29,859 nucleotides of DNA from a bacterium (GCA_046485285.1 JAWOHE010000033.1:1-29859); one strand, 5' to 3'; counted from the first letter of the stretch, positions 1 through 8,917 are shown. The notes: a model not told the origin generated them from the letters alone. Numbers and translations are program-made.

Positions 1-236
1 GCGTACTGGCAAGCATGAGCCGGGCCGGGACGCCGCTCGACAATGCGCCGATGGAGAGCTTCATCAAGACCTTCAAAGCCGAGTTTGTCCGCCGGCACAG
101 CTTCGAGACGAGAGAGGAGGCACTAACGGAGGCTGGCAACTACCTGCAGCTGTTCTATAATTGTGAGCGAAGACACTCAGCCTTGGGCTACGTCAGCCCG
201 GCCGAGTACGAGAAGCAGTTGAGAAACCACGCCTAA
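1..236 (+). mobile_element. IS3-family transposase, C-terminal integrase-core part (5' truncated by window edge)
   Basis: Translation SMSRAGTPLDNAPMESFIKTFKAE...YNCERRHSALGYVSPAEYE matches the IS3/IS150 OrfB C-terminus (DNAxxESF; YNxxRxHSxLGYxSPxxYE). Confidence 0.93.
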
Positions 237-240
237 CTGC

Positions 241-266
241 GTGTCCACAATATCAGGGGCAGTCCA
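241..266 (+). repeat. Right terminal inverted repeat of the IS3-family element
   Basis: GTGTCCACAATATCAGGGGCAGTCCA directly after the transposase stop, ending in CA-3' as expected for IS3 ends; left end lies outside the window. Confidence 0.8.
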
Positions 267-746
267 CGGAGTGGTCCCCGGGGCGGCCCCCCGGAACCGT
301 CCCGGGGATATCCCCCCTGCCGTCAAAGCTGAGCCGGTGTGTGACTTACGTTTGGATGCAAAAACAGGTCCTGCGAGCGGCTCCTGCTCGACTACCCCAG
401 GGAGGGCCTTGACCCGAAGGTGCTGGCTGGGTCCATCGCGACGTCTTCAGCATCGGGCCCGGAGGCGGAGGAGGGGGAGAAACGACCTCTGACGTCAGAT
501 TGCAGAGGCGCATTGCGGGAGGATGGGGATCTCGGCACGAAGGCAGACGGAGAAGTGGTGAGAAGCAGCGCGGAGGATCGCGAAGGGTGAGGAGCGAAGA
601 GGCCAGGGCAGAGCGTGGAAGCCGGAAGGGCGGAAGCGGAAGTGGCGGAAAGGTATTCCTCCACTCCGGTCTTGCGGCCGTCTGGCGAGTTGACAGGCGG
701 CGCCGTTTCGGCAGGGTGCGGGCTCTCGCGTAGGGCGCGAATCGGA

Positions 747-840
747 TGTAGGAGCGGCTTTCAGCCGCGATGTCCGCCAGACTGAATGGATCGCGACAGA
801 GCTTGCCCTGAACGAAGTCGAAGGGGATGTCGCTCCCACA
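747..840. repeat. Inverted pair of GTAG/GTGG-type REP-like palindromes
   Basis: TGTAGGAGCGGCTTTCAGCCGCGAT (747-771, stem GCGGCT/AGCCGC) and, on the minus strand, TGTGGGAGCGACA...TGTCGCGAT (840-790). Confidence 0.7.
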
Positions 841-860
841 GAGGACAACGGCGCGGCAGG

Positions 861-972
861 GGATTCCTCTACTCCGTTGCGCTCCGGTCGAGATGACGGG
901 ACTCGGAAATAGACCTTCCAGGTCCGGCCCGTGGCCCTTCGGTCGAGATGACCTTGCGCGGGTCGAGATGAC
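861..972 (+). repeat. Three direct copies of GGTCGAGATGAC (extragenic repeat ends)
   Basis: Exact 12-mer at 886-897, 941-952 and 961-972; first copy preceded by GATTCCTCTACTCCGTTGCGCTCC. Confidence 0.7.
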
Positions 973-1012
973 GGGAATTGCGTTGGTGTCTCGGTGCCCG
1001 GCCCGGGCTGCT

Positions 1013-1040
1013 TTGACGGGCGGTCAGGGCAGGGTAGAAT
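1013..1040 (+). promoter_or_regulatory. sigma70-like promoter for the carboxypeptidase gene
   Basis: TTGACG-N16-TAGAAT. Confidence 0.55.
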
Positions 1041-1210
1041 GTATGTAGCCGGCGGGGAACGGCCGCCCGGATGTTGGCCTGGATAAACCACAAAGGCACG
1101 AAGAAGTGAAGAGGTCCAAGGCACGGATCCCAGTGTTTTCTCTGTCTTGGTGTCTTGGTGTTTTCTCCGGCGGCCGGTCGCCCGCTGTATTGTGTGAAAC
1201 GGAGGTACGA

Positions 1211-3463
1211 GTGAAGGTTGTGAATCGCGCGCTCGCGGCTGTGCTGTGTGCGCTGCTGTCCGCCCCGGGTATCGCGGCGGCGGGCAGGGCCCTGGTCCGG
1301 GTCGAGGCCGGGGACTACTGGGAGCTGTACGACCGGATTCCGTTCAAGGGAAGCTCGATCGAGATTGCCGGGAAGGTGGCGGGCGAGTCCTATGACCTGC
1401 TCCTCGACCGGGCCGAGCTCGGGCTGGTCACCGCGAGCGGGCTGGGCTGGCGGGTGCTGACCGACGACATCGACACTTGGCGCGGCGAGGCGGTCGAGGA
1501 CGGGCAGTACCGGTCCTGGGACGACCACGTCGCGCTGATGCGCGGCTGGGCCGCTTCCTATCCCGATATCTGCCGGCTGGACAGCATCGGCCAGACCCAC
1601 CTCGGGAACTGGATCTACGGCGTCAAGATTAGCGGCAACGTGATGGTCGACGACGATCGGCCGATGGTCCTGCTCGAGGCGCTGCACCACGCCCGGGAAT
1701 GGGCTGCGCCCGAGGCGGCGCGCCACTTCGTCGACACGCTGCTGAGTAACTACGCGACCAATGCCGCGTTCCGCGACTACATCGACAATACTCAAACCTG
1801 GGTGTTCCCGATGATAAACGTCGACGGTTACCTGTACGATTACCCGGCCCAGCGGTCGTGGCGTAAGAACCGCCAGCCGTACGGTAGCGCCATCGGCTGT
1901 GACCCGAACCGCGACTACAACGGCGTCTGCGACGGCGACCCGATTGGCGACTGGGGTGCATTGGTCTATGGCTCGAACACGAGCCACCGGCCGTCTCAAC
2001 TGGTGTGGATGGGCGCTAGGGGCGCTTGGGGCAAGGAAGTCAACGCGCTGGCCGAGTTCTTCAAGACCAGGAACTTCGTCGCCGACATAAGCCTCCACTC
2101 TTATTCCGAGCTGGTGCTCTGGCCGTATGGCGACGGTCGGACCGCGCCCGACAACGCGACGCTCGCCAGCCTCGGTCAGCGGATGGCCGCGCTGATGCCC
2201 AGGCTCTCGAGCGGCACCTACACGCCCGAGCAGTCGAGCCAGCTTTACCCGACCTCGGGCGGCTCCTGCGACTGGATGTACGGCTGGGGCCACCATGTCG
2301 GCGGGTTCCCGTGCATGAGCTACGTCTTCGAGCTCGGCACGAGCTTCTACCAGAGCACCAGCCAGCTCGAGGCGATCCAGACCACCTGCTTCAGCGGCGC
2401 GTGGTACCTGTTCCAGCGCGCGGACTCGATCCGGACCGCGCTCCGGGGTCGGGTTCCGCCGCCCGTACTGGTCGGGCCCGACACCTCGGAGACCGGCGAC
2501 GTCACCCTGCACTGGTCGCCGGTGCGGCCGGACTACAACGAGCCGGACCGCTGGGAGGTGGAGCAGCTCTCCGGGCTGACCGTGAGCGAGGAGGACTTCG
2601 AGTCGGGTTCGGCGGGCTGGACCCTGCACGGCGCTTCGCTCTCGACGACCCAGAGGAACTCGGGGAGCTACTCGGTGTACCTCGGCACCGGCCACAACAT
2701 CTCCAACTACGCGATGACCGCGGACCCGTATCCGGTCCGGCCGGGCGACTCGCTACGCTACTGGCTATGGTACAACACCGAGGCCAACTACGACGTGACG
2801 GTCGCCGAGGTGTCGGAGAACGGGCTCGAGTGGTTCCAGCTCCACGACCGGTTCGACGGCAATTCGGGCGGCTGGGTGCGGCAGGCGTTCTCACTCGAGC
2901 CATGGGTCGGTACGTCGGTCCACATCAGGTTCCGGTATATGACCGACGATGGCACCTTGAACGCCGGCGTCTATGTCGACGATGTCTGGCCGGCTCCGGG
3001 GTTCGCGAATCGCGAGGTCCTGTCGAACGTCATTACCGACACGCTCTACGAGGTGACCGGGCTCGAGCCCGGCACGGTTTGGTTCCGGGCGCGAGGCCGG
3101 AACGCGCGATGGGACTGGAACGCCCAGGGCCCGCTCAAGGAGGTCGTTGTCACCGGGACCGGCATCGCGGCCGGGCCCGGGTCGGTGTTTGTCACCGGCA
3201 TCCGGGGTATCAGCCCGAACCCGGCGGTTCGGGGCACGCAGGTGCGCTTCATGCTGGGCCGGTCCGGGGCGGCGCGGGTCGCCGTCTACGACGCGACCGG
3301 CCGCGAGGTGCGCGTGCTCGCCGATGGCGCGCGGCCGGCGGGCGAGCACAAGGCCGGCTGGGACGGGCGGGACGCGGCGGGCAGGCTCGTGCCGGCCGGG
3401 GTGTACTACTGCCGGCTGAGCGCGGATTCGAACCACACCGCCCGGTTCGCGGTCGTGCGCTAG
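1211..3463 (+). CDS. Secreted M14 zinc carboxypeptidase with FN3-like/jelly-roll region and C-terminal FlgD-like Ig domain
   Basis: GTG at 1211 after GGAGG (1201-1205); signal peptide; M14 motifs HHAREW, NRDY, HSYSE, FELG; C-terminus WDGRDAAGRLVPAGVYYCRL. Confidence 0.9.
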   Translation: MKVVNRALAAVLCALLSAPGIAAAGRALVRVEAGDYWELYDRIPFKGSSIEIAGKVAGESYDLLLDRAELGLVTASGLGWRVLTDDIDTWRGEAVEDGQYRSWDDHVALMRGWAASYPDICRLDSIGQTHLGNWIYGVKISGNVMVDDDRPMVLLEALHHAREWAAPEAARHFVDTLLSNYATNAAFRDYIDNTQTWVFPMINVDGYLYDYPAQRSWRKNRQPYGSAIGCDPNRDYNGVCDGDPIGDWGALVYGSNTSHRPSQLVWMGARGAWGKEVNALAEFFKTRNFVADISLHSYSELVLWPYGDGRTAPDNATLASLGQRMAALMPRLSSGTYTPEQSSQLYPTSGGSCDWMYGWGHHVGGFPCMSYVFELGTSFYQSTSQLEAIQTTCFSGAWYLFQRADSIRTALRGRVPPPVLVGPDTSETGDVTLHWSPVRPDYNEPDRWEVEQLSGLTVSEEDFESGSAGWTLHGASLSTTQRNSGSYSVYLGTGHNISNYAMTADPYPVRPGDSLRYWLWYNTEANYDVTVAEVSENGLEWFQLHDRFDGNSGGWVRQAFSLEPWVGTSVHIRFRYMTDDGTLNAGVYVDDVWPAPGFANREVLSNVITDTLYEVTGLEPGTVWFRARGRNARWDWNAQGPLKEVVVTGTGIAAGPGSVFVTGIRGISPNPAVRGTQVRFMLGRSGAARVAVYDATGREVRVLADGARPAGEHKAGWDGRDAAGRLVPAGVYYCRLSADSNHTARFAVVR

Positions 3464-3483
3464 GGCCGGGGACGGTCTTCATT

Positions 3484-3515
3484 GCGGGGCGCGGGCGACC
3501 GCGCCCCGCGCTTTT
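3484..3515 (+). terminator. Intrinsic terminator between convergent genes
   Basis: 11-bp stem GCGGGGCGCGG/CCGCGCCCCGC, GCGA tetraloop, then GCTTTT. Confidence 0.7.
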
Positions 3516-3526
3516 CGGGCCGGGTG

Positions 3527-4420
3527 CTAGTCCGCGGCGCCGGAGCGGGGGTGGGCGCGGTCGTAGGCCCGGCGCAGGCGCTCGAGCGAGACGTGGGTGT
3601 AGACCTGGGTCGTGCTGAGTGTGCGGTGACCGAGTAGCTCCTGGACCGCCTTGAGGTCGGCCCCGCGCTCGAGCAGGTGGGTGGCGAAGGCGTGGCGGAG
3701 CGCGTGGGGGTTGGTGGCGGTCGCGCCGGCGACCCGGCCGAGGAGCCGGCGGACGATGCTCTGGACCGAGCGGGTGGTGAGCCGGCCGCCACGGGGGTTG
3801 AGGAAGAGCGGCGCGGCGTCCTGGTGACGGCGCCGGCCGAGGTAGTCGCGGATGGCCGCAGCCTCGTGCCGGCCTACCGGGACGATGCGCTCGCGCCGGC
3901 CCTTGCCGAGGACGCGGACGGTTTCGGCGGCGAAGTCGATGTCGGCGATGTCGAGCCCGACGAGCTCGGCGGCGCGCAGGCCGGAGCCGTAGAGGGTCTC
4001 GAGGATTGCCCGGTCGCGGGCGGTGCGCTCGTCGGCCGGCTCGACCTCGAGCGCCTGGGCGACCTGGAACTGGCTGAGAAATCCGGGAAGCCGGCGCTCG
4101 GCCCGGGGCGCGCGGACCGTGCGGGCCGGGTTGGCCGGGACGGCGCCGGTCGCGGCGAGCCAGCGGAAGAAGCCGCGGACCGCGGAGAGCTTGCGGGCGG
4201 CCGACCGGCGCTCGTAGCCGCCGCGGAGGACCGCGCCCAGCCAGTCGCGGACGTGGTCGCGGGTGACGTGGTCGAGCGGCGGCGTGCCGAGGCGCTCGCG
4301 GCAGAAGTCGAGGAACTGGTCGAGGTCGGTGCGGTAGCCCCGGATGGTGGCGGGCGAGCACTGCCGCTCGCCGGCGAGGCCGGCGAGGTACCCCGCGAGC
4401 GCGCGTTCGTAGCCGGGCAT
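3527..4420 (-). CDS. xerC: Tyrosine recombinase XerC
   Basis: 297 aa; N-terminal SAM-like domain; catalytic motifs YGSGLRAAEL, VLGKG, HALRHAFATHLL, LLGH, TQVY. Confidence 0.88.
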   Translation of the reverse strand: MPGYERALAGYLAGLAGERQCSPATIRGYRTDLDQFLDFCRERLGTPPLDHVTRDHVRDWLGAVLRGGYERRSAARKLSAVRGFFRWLAATGAVPANPARTVRAPRAERRLPGFLSQFQVAQALEVEPADERTARDRAILETLYGSGLRAAELVGLDIADIDFAAETVRVLGKGRRERIVPVGRHEAAAIRDYLGRRRHQDAAPLFLNPRGGRLTTRSVQSIVRRLLGRVAGATATNPHALRHAFATHLLERGADLKAVQELLGHRTLSTTQVYTHVSLERLRRAYDRAHPRSGAAD

Positions 4421-4426
4421 CGGTTG

Positions 4427-4454
4427 AGGGTAGCGCGGCGGGCGCCCGCGTCAA
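4427..4454 (-). promoter_or_regulatory. Promoter for xerC, probably leaderless
   Basis: Minus strand TTGACG-N16-TACCCT, 6 nt before the ATG; no SD. Confidence 0.45.
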
Positions 4455-4465
4455 GCGCGGCGAGC

Positions 4466-4494
4466 TTGACCCCGGGCGATATCGGTTCTATAGT
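4466..4494 (+). promoter_or_regulatory. sigma70-like promoter
   Basis: TTGACC-N17-TATAGT. Confidence 0.6.
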
Positions 4495-4520
4495 CAATGG
4501 CAGGCAACCAAGGAGGACAG

Positions 4521-6482
4521 ATGACGCGCTATCGTCTTGCGCTGGCAGTTATGCTCGCGCTCGCCGCACCGGCCGCGGTGCTGGCCCAGCTCGATACCGC
4601 CTGGCTCCGGCAGTACGACTGCGGGGGCGAGGACGAGGACTTCCTGTCCGACATGGCGGTCGACCAGCTCGGCAACGTCCACGTCTGTGGCCTCGGCTAC
4701 ACCGGCGGCGTCTCCACTGACATCATCGTCCAGAAGTACGGCCCGACCGGCACGCTCGAGTGGACCCGGTTCCACGCGGGAGGCCAGGAACTGGACGATA
4801 CGGCCTCGGCGCTGGTCGTCGACGGTAGCGGCAACGTCTACGTCTGCGGGGCGATCGCGCACGTCCCCGGTCAGGGGCTCGACATGTTCATCGCCAAGTA
4901 CTCGCCGGCCGGCGACTCGCTCTGGGCGCGGACTTTCGCCCGGGGTGGCAGCGGCGACGACGTCGCGCTCGGCATCTGCCTGACCAGCTCGGGCCGGGTC
5001 GCGGTGACCGGGTTCTCGGCCGCCGCGGACGACCCGTGGAACTACGACTACTGCACGATGATGCTCGACGCCGCGACCGGGGATACCCACTGGGTCCGGA
5101 CCTACAACCGGGCGCCGGAGGACGACGAGGACGTCGCGATGGCGATCTGCGCGGACGGCGCGGGCGCGGTCTACGTCACCGGCTACAGCTACGACGACGG
5201 CACCGACTACGACATCCTGACGACGAAGTACACCGAGAACGGCGACCGGCCCTGGATGAGAAGGTACAGCCGCCAGTTCGACGACGACTACGGGATGGCG
5301 ATTGCCTGGAACCCGGTGACGAACAGCGTGTCAGTCGGCGGCGTCGTCTACACCGACAACCAGGACTACAACTACTACACGGTCGCCTACGGTGCAAACG
5401 GCGATTCGCTCTGGGCGCGGGAGTACAACCGCTATCCGGCCGACGACGAGGACCTGCTGACCGCGGTGGCCGTCACTACGACCGGCAACACGATTGTGAC
5501 CGGGATGAGCTGGGACGAGGCGACGTTCTCCGACTGCGCGACGGTCGCCTACGGGCCGACCGGTTTGCCGCTCTGGGTCAGCCGCTACGACGGCGGCGGG
5601 TGGGATGACGCCGGGCTCGGGCTGGCGGTGGACTCGCTGGGCCAGGTGCTGGTCGCCGGGTATGCCGAGGACGTCCAGACCGATTTTGACGCGCTGCTGC
5701 TGAAGCTCGGGACCGACGGGAGCGTGGTCTGGGCCTGGCGGTTCGACCAGTCCGAGGGCGAGGACTGGTTCGCCCGGGTTCTCCCTCGACCGGACGGCAC
5801 GATGTACGCGGCCGGCACGGTCGAGGCCAGCGCGACGATCACCGACTTCCTGGTCTGCCGGCTGAGAGAGCTCCTGGTTGATTTCAGCGCGCTCGCCTTG
5901 GTCGCGCCGGATTCGATCTACCTGGGCGACTCGGTCGCGTCGATGCTCGTGGTCCGGAACGAGGCGATCTATCCGGCCGAGGGCTGGGCGCGGTTCCGGG
6001 CGACCTGGACCGACCACGACGACAGCGCGTTCGTGCAGCTCGCGCCGCTCGAGGTCGACACTGTCGCGTTCGGGGTCTGGTACCCGGACACGACCGGGAC
6101 CTACGAGCTCGCGGGCTGGGTGACGGTCCCGGGCGACGAGCGGCCGGGCAATGACTCGGCGTTCGTCACGCTGCGGGTTTGGGGCGACACGATCGGGATA
6201 GGCGCGCCGGGCGCGGTGGCGCTGTCCGCCGGGTTCCGGTTGTTCCCGAACCCGGCGCGGGGCGCGGTCCAGGTCCGGGCGGCGCTGGCCGGCGAGGAGC
6301 CGGCAACGGTCCGGCTCTACGACGTCACCGGCAGCGTCGTGAGGACCGGGACAATGGCCCGGTCCGCCTCGGGCGAGGCCGCTACCAGGCTTGACCTGGC
6401 CCGCCTGCCCGCCGGTGTGTATTTCTGCCGGATCGAGCACGAGCGCCAGGAGGCGGTGAGGAAGCTCATCATCCAGCACTGA
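4521..6482 (+). CDS. Secreted SBBP-type beta-propeller repeat protein with CARDB-like domain and C-terminal sorting-like Ig domain
   Basis: ATG after AAGGAGG; signal peptide; repeated AVD-x-G-N-VYV-x-G...KY...G...W-x-R-x-Y units; GDERPGND; C-terminus FPNPARG...LPAGVYFCRI...VRKLIIQH. Confidence 0.85.
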   Translation: MTRYRLALAVMLALAAPAAVLAQLDTAWLRQYDCGGEDEDFLSDMAVDQLGNVHVCGLGYTGGVSTDIIVQKYGPTGTLEWTRFHAGGQELDDTASALVVDGSGNVYVCGAIAHVPGQGLDMFIAKYSPAGDSLWARTFARGGSGDDVALGICLTSSGRVAVTGFSAAADDPWNYDYCTMMLDAATGDTHWVRTYNRAPEDDEDVAMAICADGAGAVYVTGYSYDDGTDYDILTTKYTENGDRPWMRRYSRQFDDDYGMAIAWNPVTNSVSVGGVVYTDNQDYNYYTVAYGANGDSLWAREYNRYPADDEDLLTAVAVTTTGNTIVTGMSWDEATFSDCATVAYGPTGLPLWVSRYDGGGWDDAGLGLAVDSLGQVLVAGYAEDVQTDFDALLLKLGTDGSVVWAWRFDQSEGEDWFARVLPRPDGTMYAAGTVEASATITDFLVCRLRELLVDFSALALVAPDSIYLGDSVASMLVVRNEAIYPAEGWARFRATWTDHDDSAFVQLAPLEVDTVAFGVWYPDTTGTYELAGWVTVPGDERPGNDSAFVTLRVWGDTIGIGAPGAVALSAGFRLFPNPARGAVQVRAALAGEEPATVRLYDVTGSVVRTGTMARSASGEAATRLDLARLPAGVYFCRIEHERQEAVRKLIIQH

Positions 6483-6513
6483 CCCGGGAGCAGTTGCGCC
6501 GCCGCGGTCGGGT

Positions 6514-6541
6514 TTGACAGCGTCGGCGCTTCCCTTAGCAT
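6514..6541 (+). promoter_or_regulatory. Promoter for selC
   Basis: TTGACA-N16-TAGCAT, 12 nt upstream of the tRNA. Confidence 0.65.
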
Positions 6542-6553
6542 CAGACGGAATGC

Positions 6554-6648
6554 GGAGGCGGATGGGTGCTGGTGTGCCTGGCGGACTTCAAATCCGTGTG
6601 GTCTGCGATAAGTGGACCGGTAGGTTCGATTCCTACACGCCTCCGCCA
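6554..6648 (+). tRNA. selC: tRNA-Sec (anticodon UCA)
   Basis: 95 nt; anticodon arm GCGGA-CTTCAAA-TCCGT (TCA at 6588-6590); 6-bp D stem with TGGT loop; long variable arm; T arm GTAGG-TTCGATT-CCTAC; G discriminator and encoded CCA. Confidence 0.96.
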
Positions 6649-6689
6649 GAGTCTTGTCCGACGGCCGGCCCCGGGCCGGCCGCCGCGTT

Positions 6690-7385
6690 TCAGGCCGGCG
6701 GGCCGGAACCGTCCTGCCTCTCCCGGTTGAGCTCGGCGTCGGTGCGGCGGAGGTACCTCGGAACGAGGTCCTCGGGCCGGTCCGGGCCTTCGCGCGCGAG
6801 CATGTCGCGGGCGAGTTCGGCGACCGCGAGCGCGCCCGGGTGCCGGATGCCGGTGTCGGCGATGCCGAGCGCGTCGAGGGCGGCCAGGCAGAGTTGAACG
6901 CCCGAGCCGGCCGCGACCGTCGGGCCGGTGATGAGCGGGCGGATGAGTCCGGCGAGGCCGGACGGCTCGATGAGCCGGGGCGGCAGGAGCTCGGCCGGGC
7001 CGTCGTGGAGCGCGCAGTAGACCTGGCCCCGCCGGGCGTCGACGAGCGCGAGGACGCGGGAGGACTGGTCCGCGGCGCGGGCCAGCGCGGCCAGCGTACC
7101 GACCGCCTTGAGCGGGATTGCCCGGGGCAGACCGAGGCCGAGCGCGGTGGCTAGACCGACCCGGAGCGACGTGAACATCCCCGGCCCGGCGGTGACGCCG
7201 ATGAGCCCGACCGCGTCGAGCCCGGCCCCGGCTTCGGCCAGCGCCCGGTCAACAAGGCCGAGGAGAACCTCGTCGTGGCCGGTACCCTCGCGGGCGAACT
7301 CGCGGCGGAACCCGCCGGCGTCGAGCAGACCCACCGCGGACCGGGGGCCGGAGGTCTCGAGGCCGAGGACGAGCGGGCGGTCCAT
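6690..7385 (-). CDS. tsaB: tRNA t6A biosynthesis protein TsaB
   Basis: LGLETSG, GPGMFTSLRVG, DARRGQVY, LVPRYLR motifs. Confidence 0.92.
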   Translation of the reverse strand: MDRPLVLGLETSGPRSAVGLLDAGGFRREFAREGTGHDEVLLGLVDRALAEAGAGLDAVGLIGVTAGPGMFTSLRVGLATALGLGLPRAIPLKAVGTLAALARAADQSSRVLALVDARRGQVYCALHDGPAELLPPRLIEPSGLAGLIRPLITGPTVAAGSGVQLCLAALDALGIADTGIRHPGALAVAELARDMLAREGPDRPEDLVPRYLRRTDAELNRERQDGSGPPA

Positions 7386-7388
7386 CGC

Positions 7389-8147
7389 TCAGCCGCCCCG
7401 GTTGAGCGCGTGGAGAGCGGCGAGCCCGCGCAGGCCGAGGTCCGGGTCAACCGACTCCAGCCGGGGGATCCGGCGGGCGAAGTACCGGGCCGCGCCACCG
7501 GTGCCGACGAGCCGCCAGCGACGGCCGGTTTCCCGTTCGACCCGGGCGAGTTCGCGCTCGATGCCGCCCGCGACCGCGGCGAGCGCACCGGCGGCAAGCG
7601 CCGGCCGGGTGGTGCGCGGGAACAGGGCCGCCGGGGGGCGGAACCGGGCGAGCGGCAGGCGGCCGGTGTGGCGGCAGAGCGCGGCCAGCATCAGGCCCGG
7701 ACCGGGCAGGATCGGTCCGCCCTCGAACGCGCCGTCGGCATTGATGAAGTTGAGCGTCACCGCGGTGCCGAAGTCGGCGACGGCGAGGTCGCCCGGCCAG
7801 CGCCGGCGCGCGCCCTCGGCGACGCAGAGCCGGTCCGCGCCGAGCTCGCGCCGGTCGTAGCGGACGAGCAGGCCGGAGCGGGACCGGGCGGAGAGCACGA
7901 AGGGCGGCCGGCGGGCCTGCCCGCGCCCAGGCAGGCGGGCGAGCTCCCGGAGCGCGCGGGCAAGCGGCCGGGTCGCCGCGGGAAGGACCGAGGCGAGCGC
8001 CGCGTCGGCGGCGGTAAGCCCGGCAAGGAACCGGCCCGGGGCGGCGAGCACCCGGGCGGTCGGGGCGGCCCGGCGCGCGCGGACCCGGTCCGCCTCGAAG
8101 AGCGCGAGGCGGCAGTTCGTGTTGCCGGCGACCAGGCAGAGCGTCAT
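7389..8147 (-). CDS. coaX: Type III pantothenate kinase
   Basis: GNTN, LGADR, DFGTAVT, GGPILPG, TGG motifs; adjacent to birA. Confidence 0.9.
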   Translation of the reverse strand: MTLCLVAGNTNCRLALFEADRVRARRAAPTARVLAAPGRFLAGLTAADAALASVLPAATRPLARALRELARLPGRGQARRPPFVLSARSRSGLLVRYDRRELGADRLCVAEGARRRWPGDLAVADFGTAVTLNFINADGAFEGGPILPGPGLMLAALCRHTGRLPLARFRPPAALFPRTTRPALAAGALAAVAGGIERELARVERETGRRWRLVGTGGAARYFARRIPRLESVDPDLGLRGLAALHALNRGG

Positions 8148-8914
8148 CGGAGCCGGCGGACCTGGCCGGAGTTGACGGTGACGATGCTGCCGTTGTCGCG
8201 CCGGATGACCAACCGGCCCTCGGCGTCGATGTCAACGACCGTGCCGATGTGACGGCGGAGGGCCGTTTTCGCCTCGACCCGCCGGTGGAGCACCGCGGAG
8301 CGGGACTTGTACTCGTCCATCAGCGCCGGCAGTCCGTCCCGGCGGACCTGCTCGAGGGCCGCGAAGAGGCGGCGCAGGATTGTTTCGAGGAGTTCGAGCC
8401 TCTCCCATTCGCGGTTGGTGGCGAGGCGGAGCGAGCCGGCCTCGGCGAGGTCGTCCATCTCCGGGAACGAGGCCTGGTTGACGTTGATGCCGATGCCGAC
8501 GACGAGCGCCTCGCGGCGCTGCTCGCAGAGGATACCGCAGAGCTTCCTGTCGTCGAGCATCACGTCGTTGGGCCAGCGGATGAGCGGGCGCGTGCCGGTC
8601 AGGTCCTCGATGCCGCGGCTGACCGCGAGGCCGGCGAGGAGGGCGAGCCCGCCGGCCGGGAGCGGGTGGTCTTCCGCGCCCGGGAAGAGCAGTAGTGAGA
8701 AGAGCAGGCTTGAGTCGTCGGAGTACCAGCGCCGGCGGAACCGGCCGCGGCCCCGGGTCTGGCGCCGGGCGATGACGAGCGCGGGCTCGCGGGAGTCGGC
8801 GAGCGAGAAGGCGTAGTCATTCGTCGACTCGACCTGCTCGCGGAGGTGGACCCGGCCGAAGCGGGTGAGCCGGGCAAGAATCTCGCCCGGGACTTCGACC
8901 GCGTTCCGGTCCAT
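8144..8914 (-). CDS. birA: Biotin-[acetyl-CoA carboxylase] ligase (no N-terminal HTH)
   Basis: STND, QTRGRGRFRRRW, WPNDV, KLCGILCE, GIGIN motifs; ATGA overlap with coaX. Confidence 0.93.
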   Translation of the reverse strand: MDRNAVEVPGEILARLTRFGRVHLREQVESTNDYAFSLADSREPALVIARRQTRGRGRFRRRWYSDDSSLLFSLLLFPGAEDHPLPAGGLALLAGLAVSRGIEDLTGTRPLIRWPNDVMLDDRKLCGILCEQRREALVVGIGINVNQASFPEMDDLAEAGSLRLATNREWERLELLETILRRLFAALEQVRRDGLPALMDEYKSRSAVLHRRVEAKTALRRHIGTVVDIDAEGRLVIRRDNGSIVTVNSGQVRRLR

Positions 8915-8917
8915 TGC

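Noticed and set aside
267-733. Short ORFs and GGAAG-rich run after the IS end
   Set aside because: No recognisable motifs, SD or codon bias; the purine-rich repeats are too irregular to call.
861-975. CRISPR array
   Set aside because: The repeats are only 12 nt with spacers of 43 and 8 nt, and there are no cas genes.
3527-6648. xerC plus nearby tRNA as an integrated element or prophage
   Set aside because: The recombinase has the size and motifs of housekeeping XerC. I saw no duplicated tRNA 3' end (att site) and no phage or conjugation genes.
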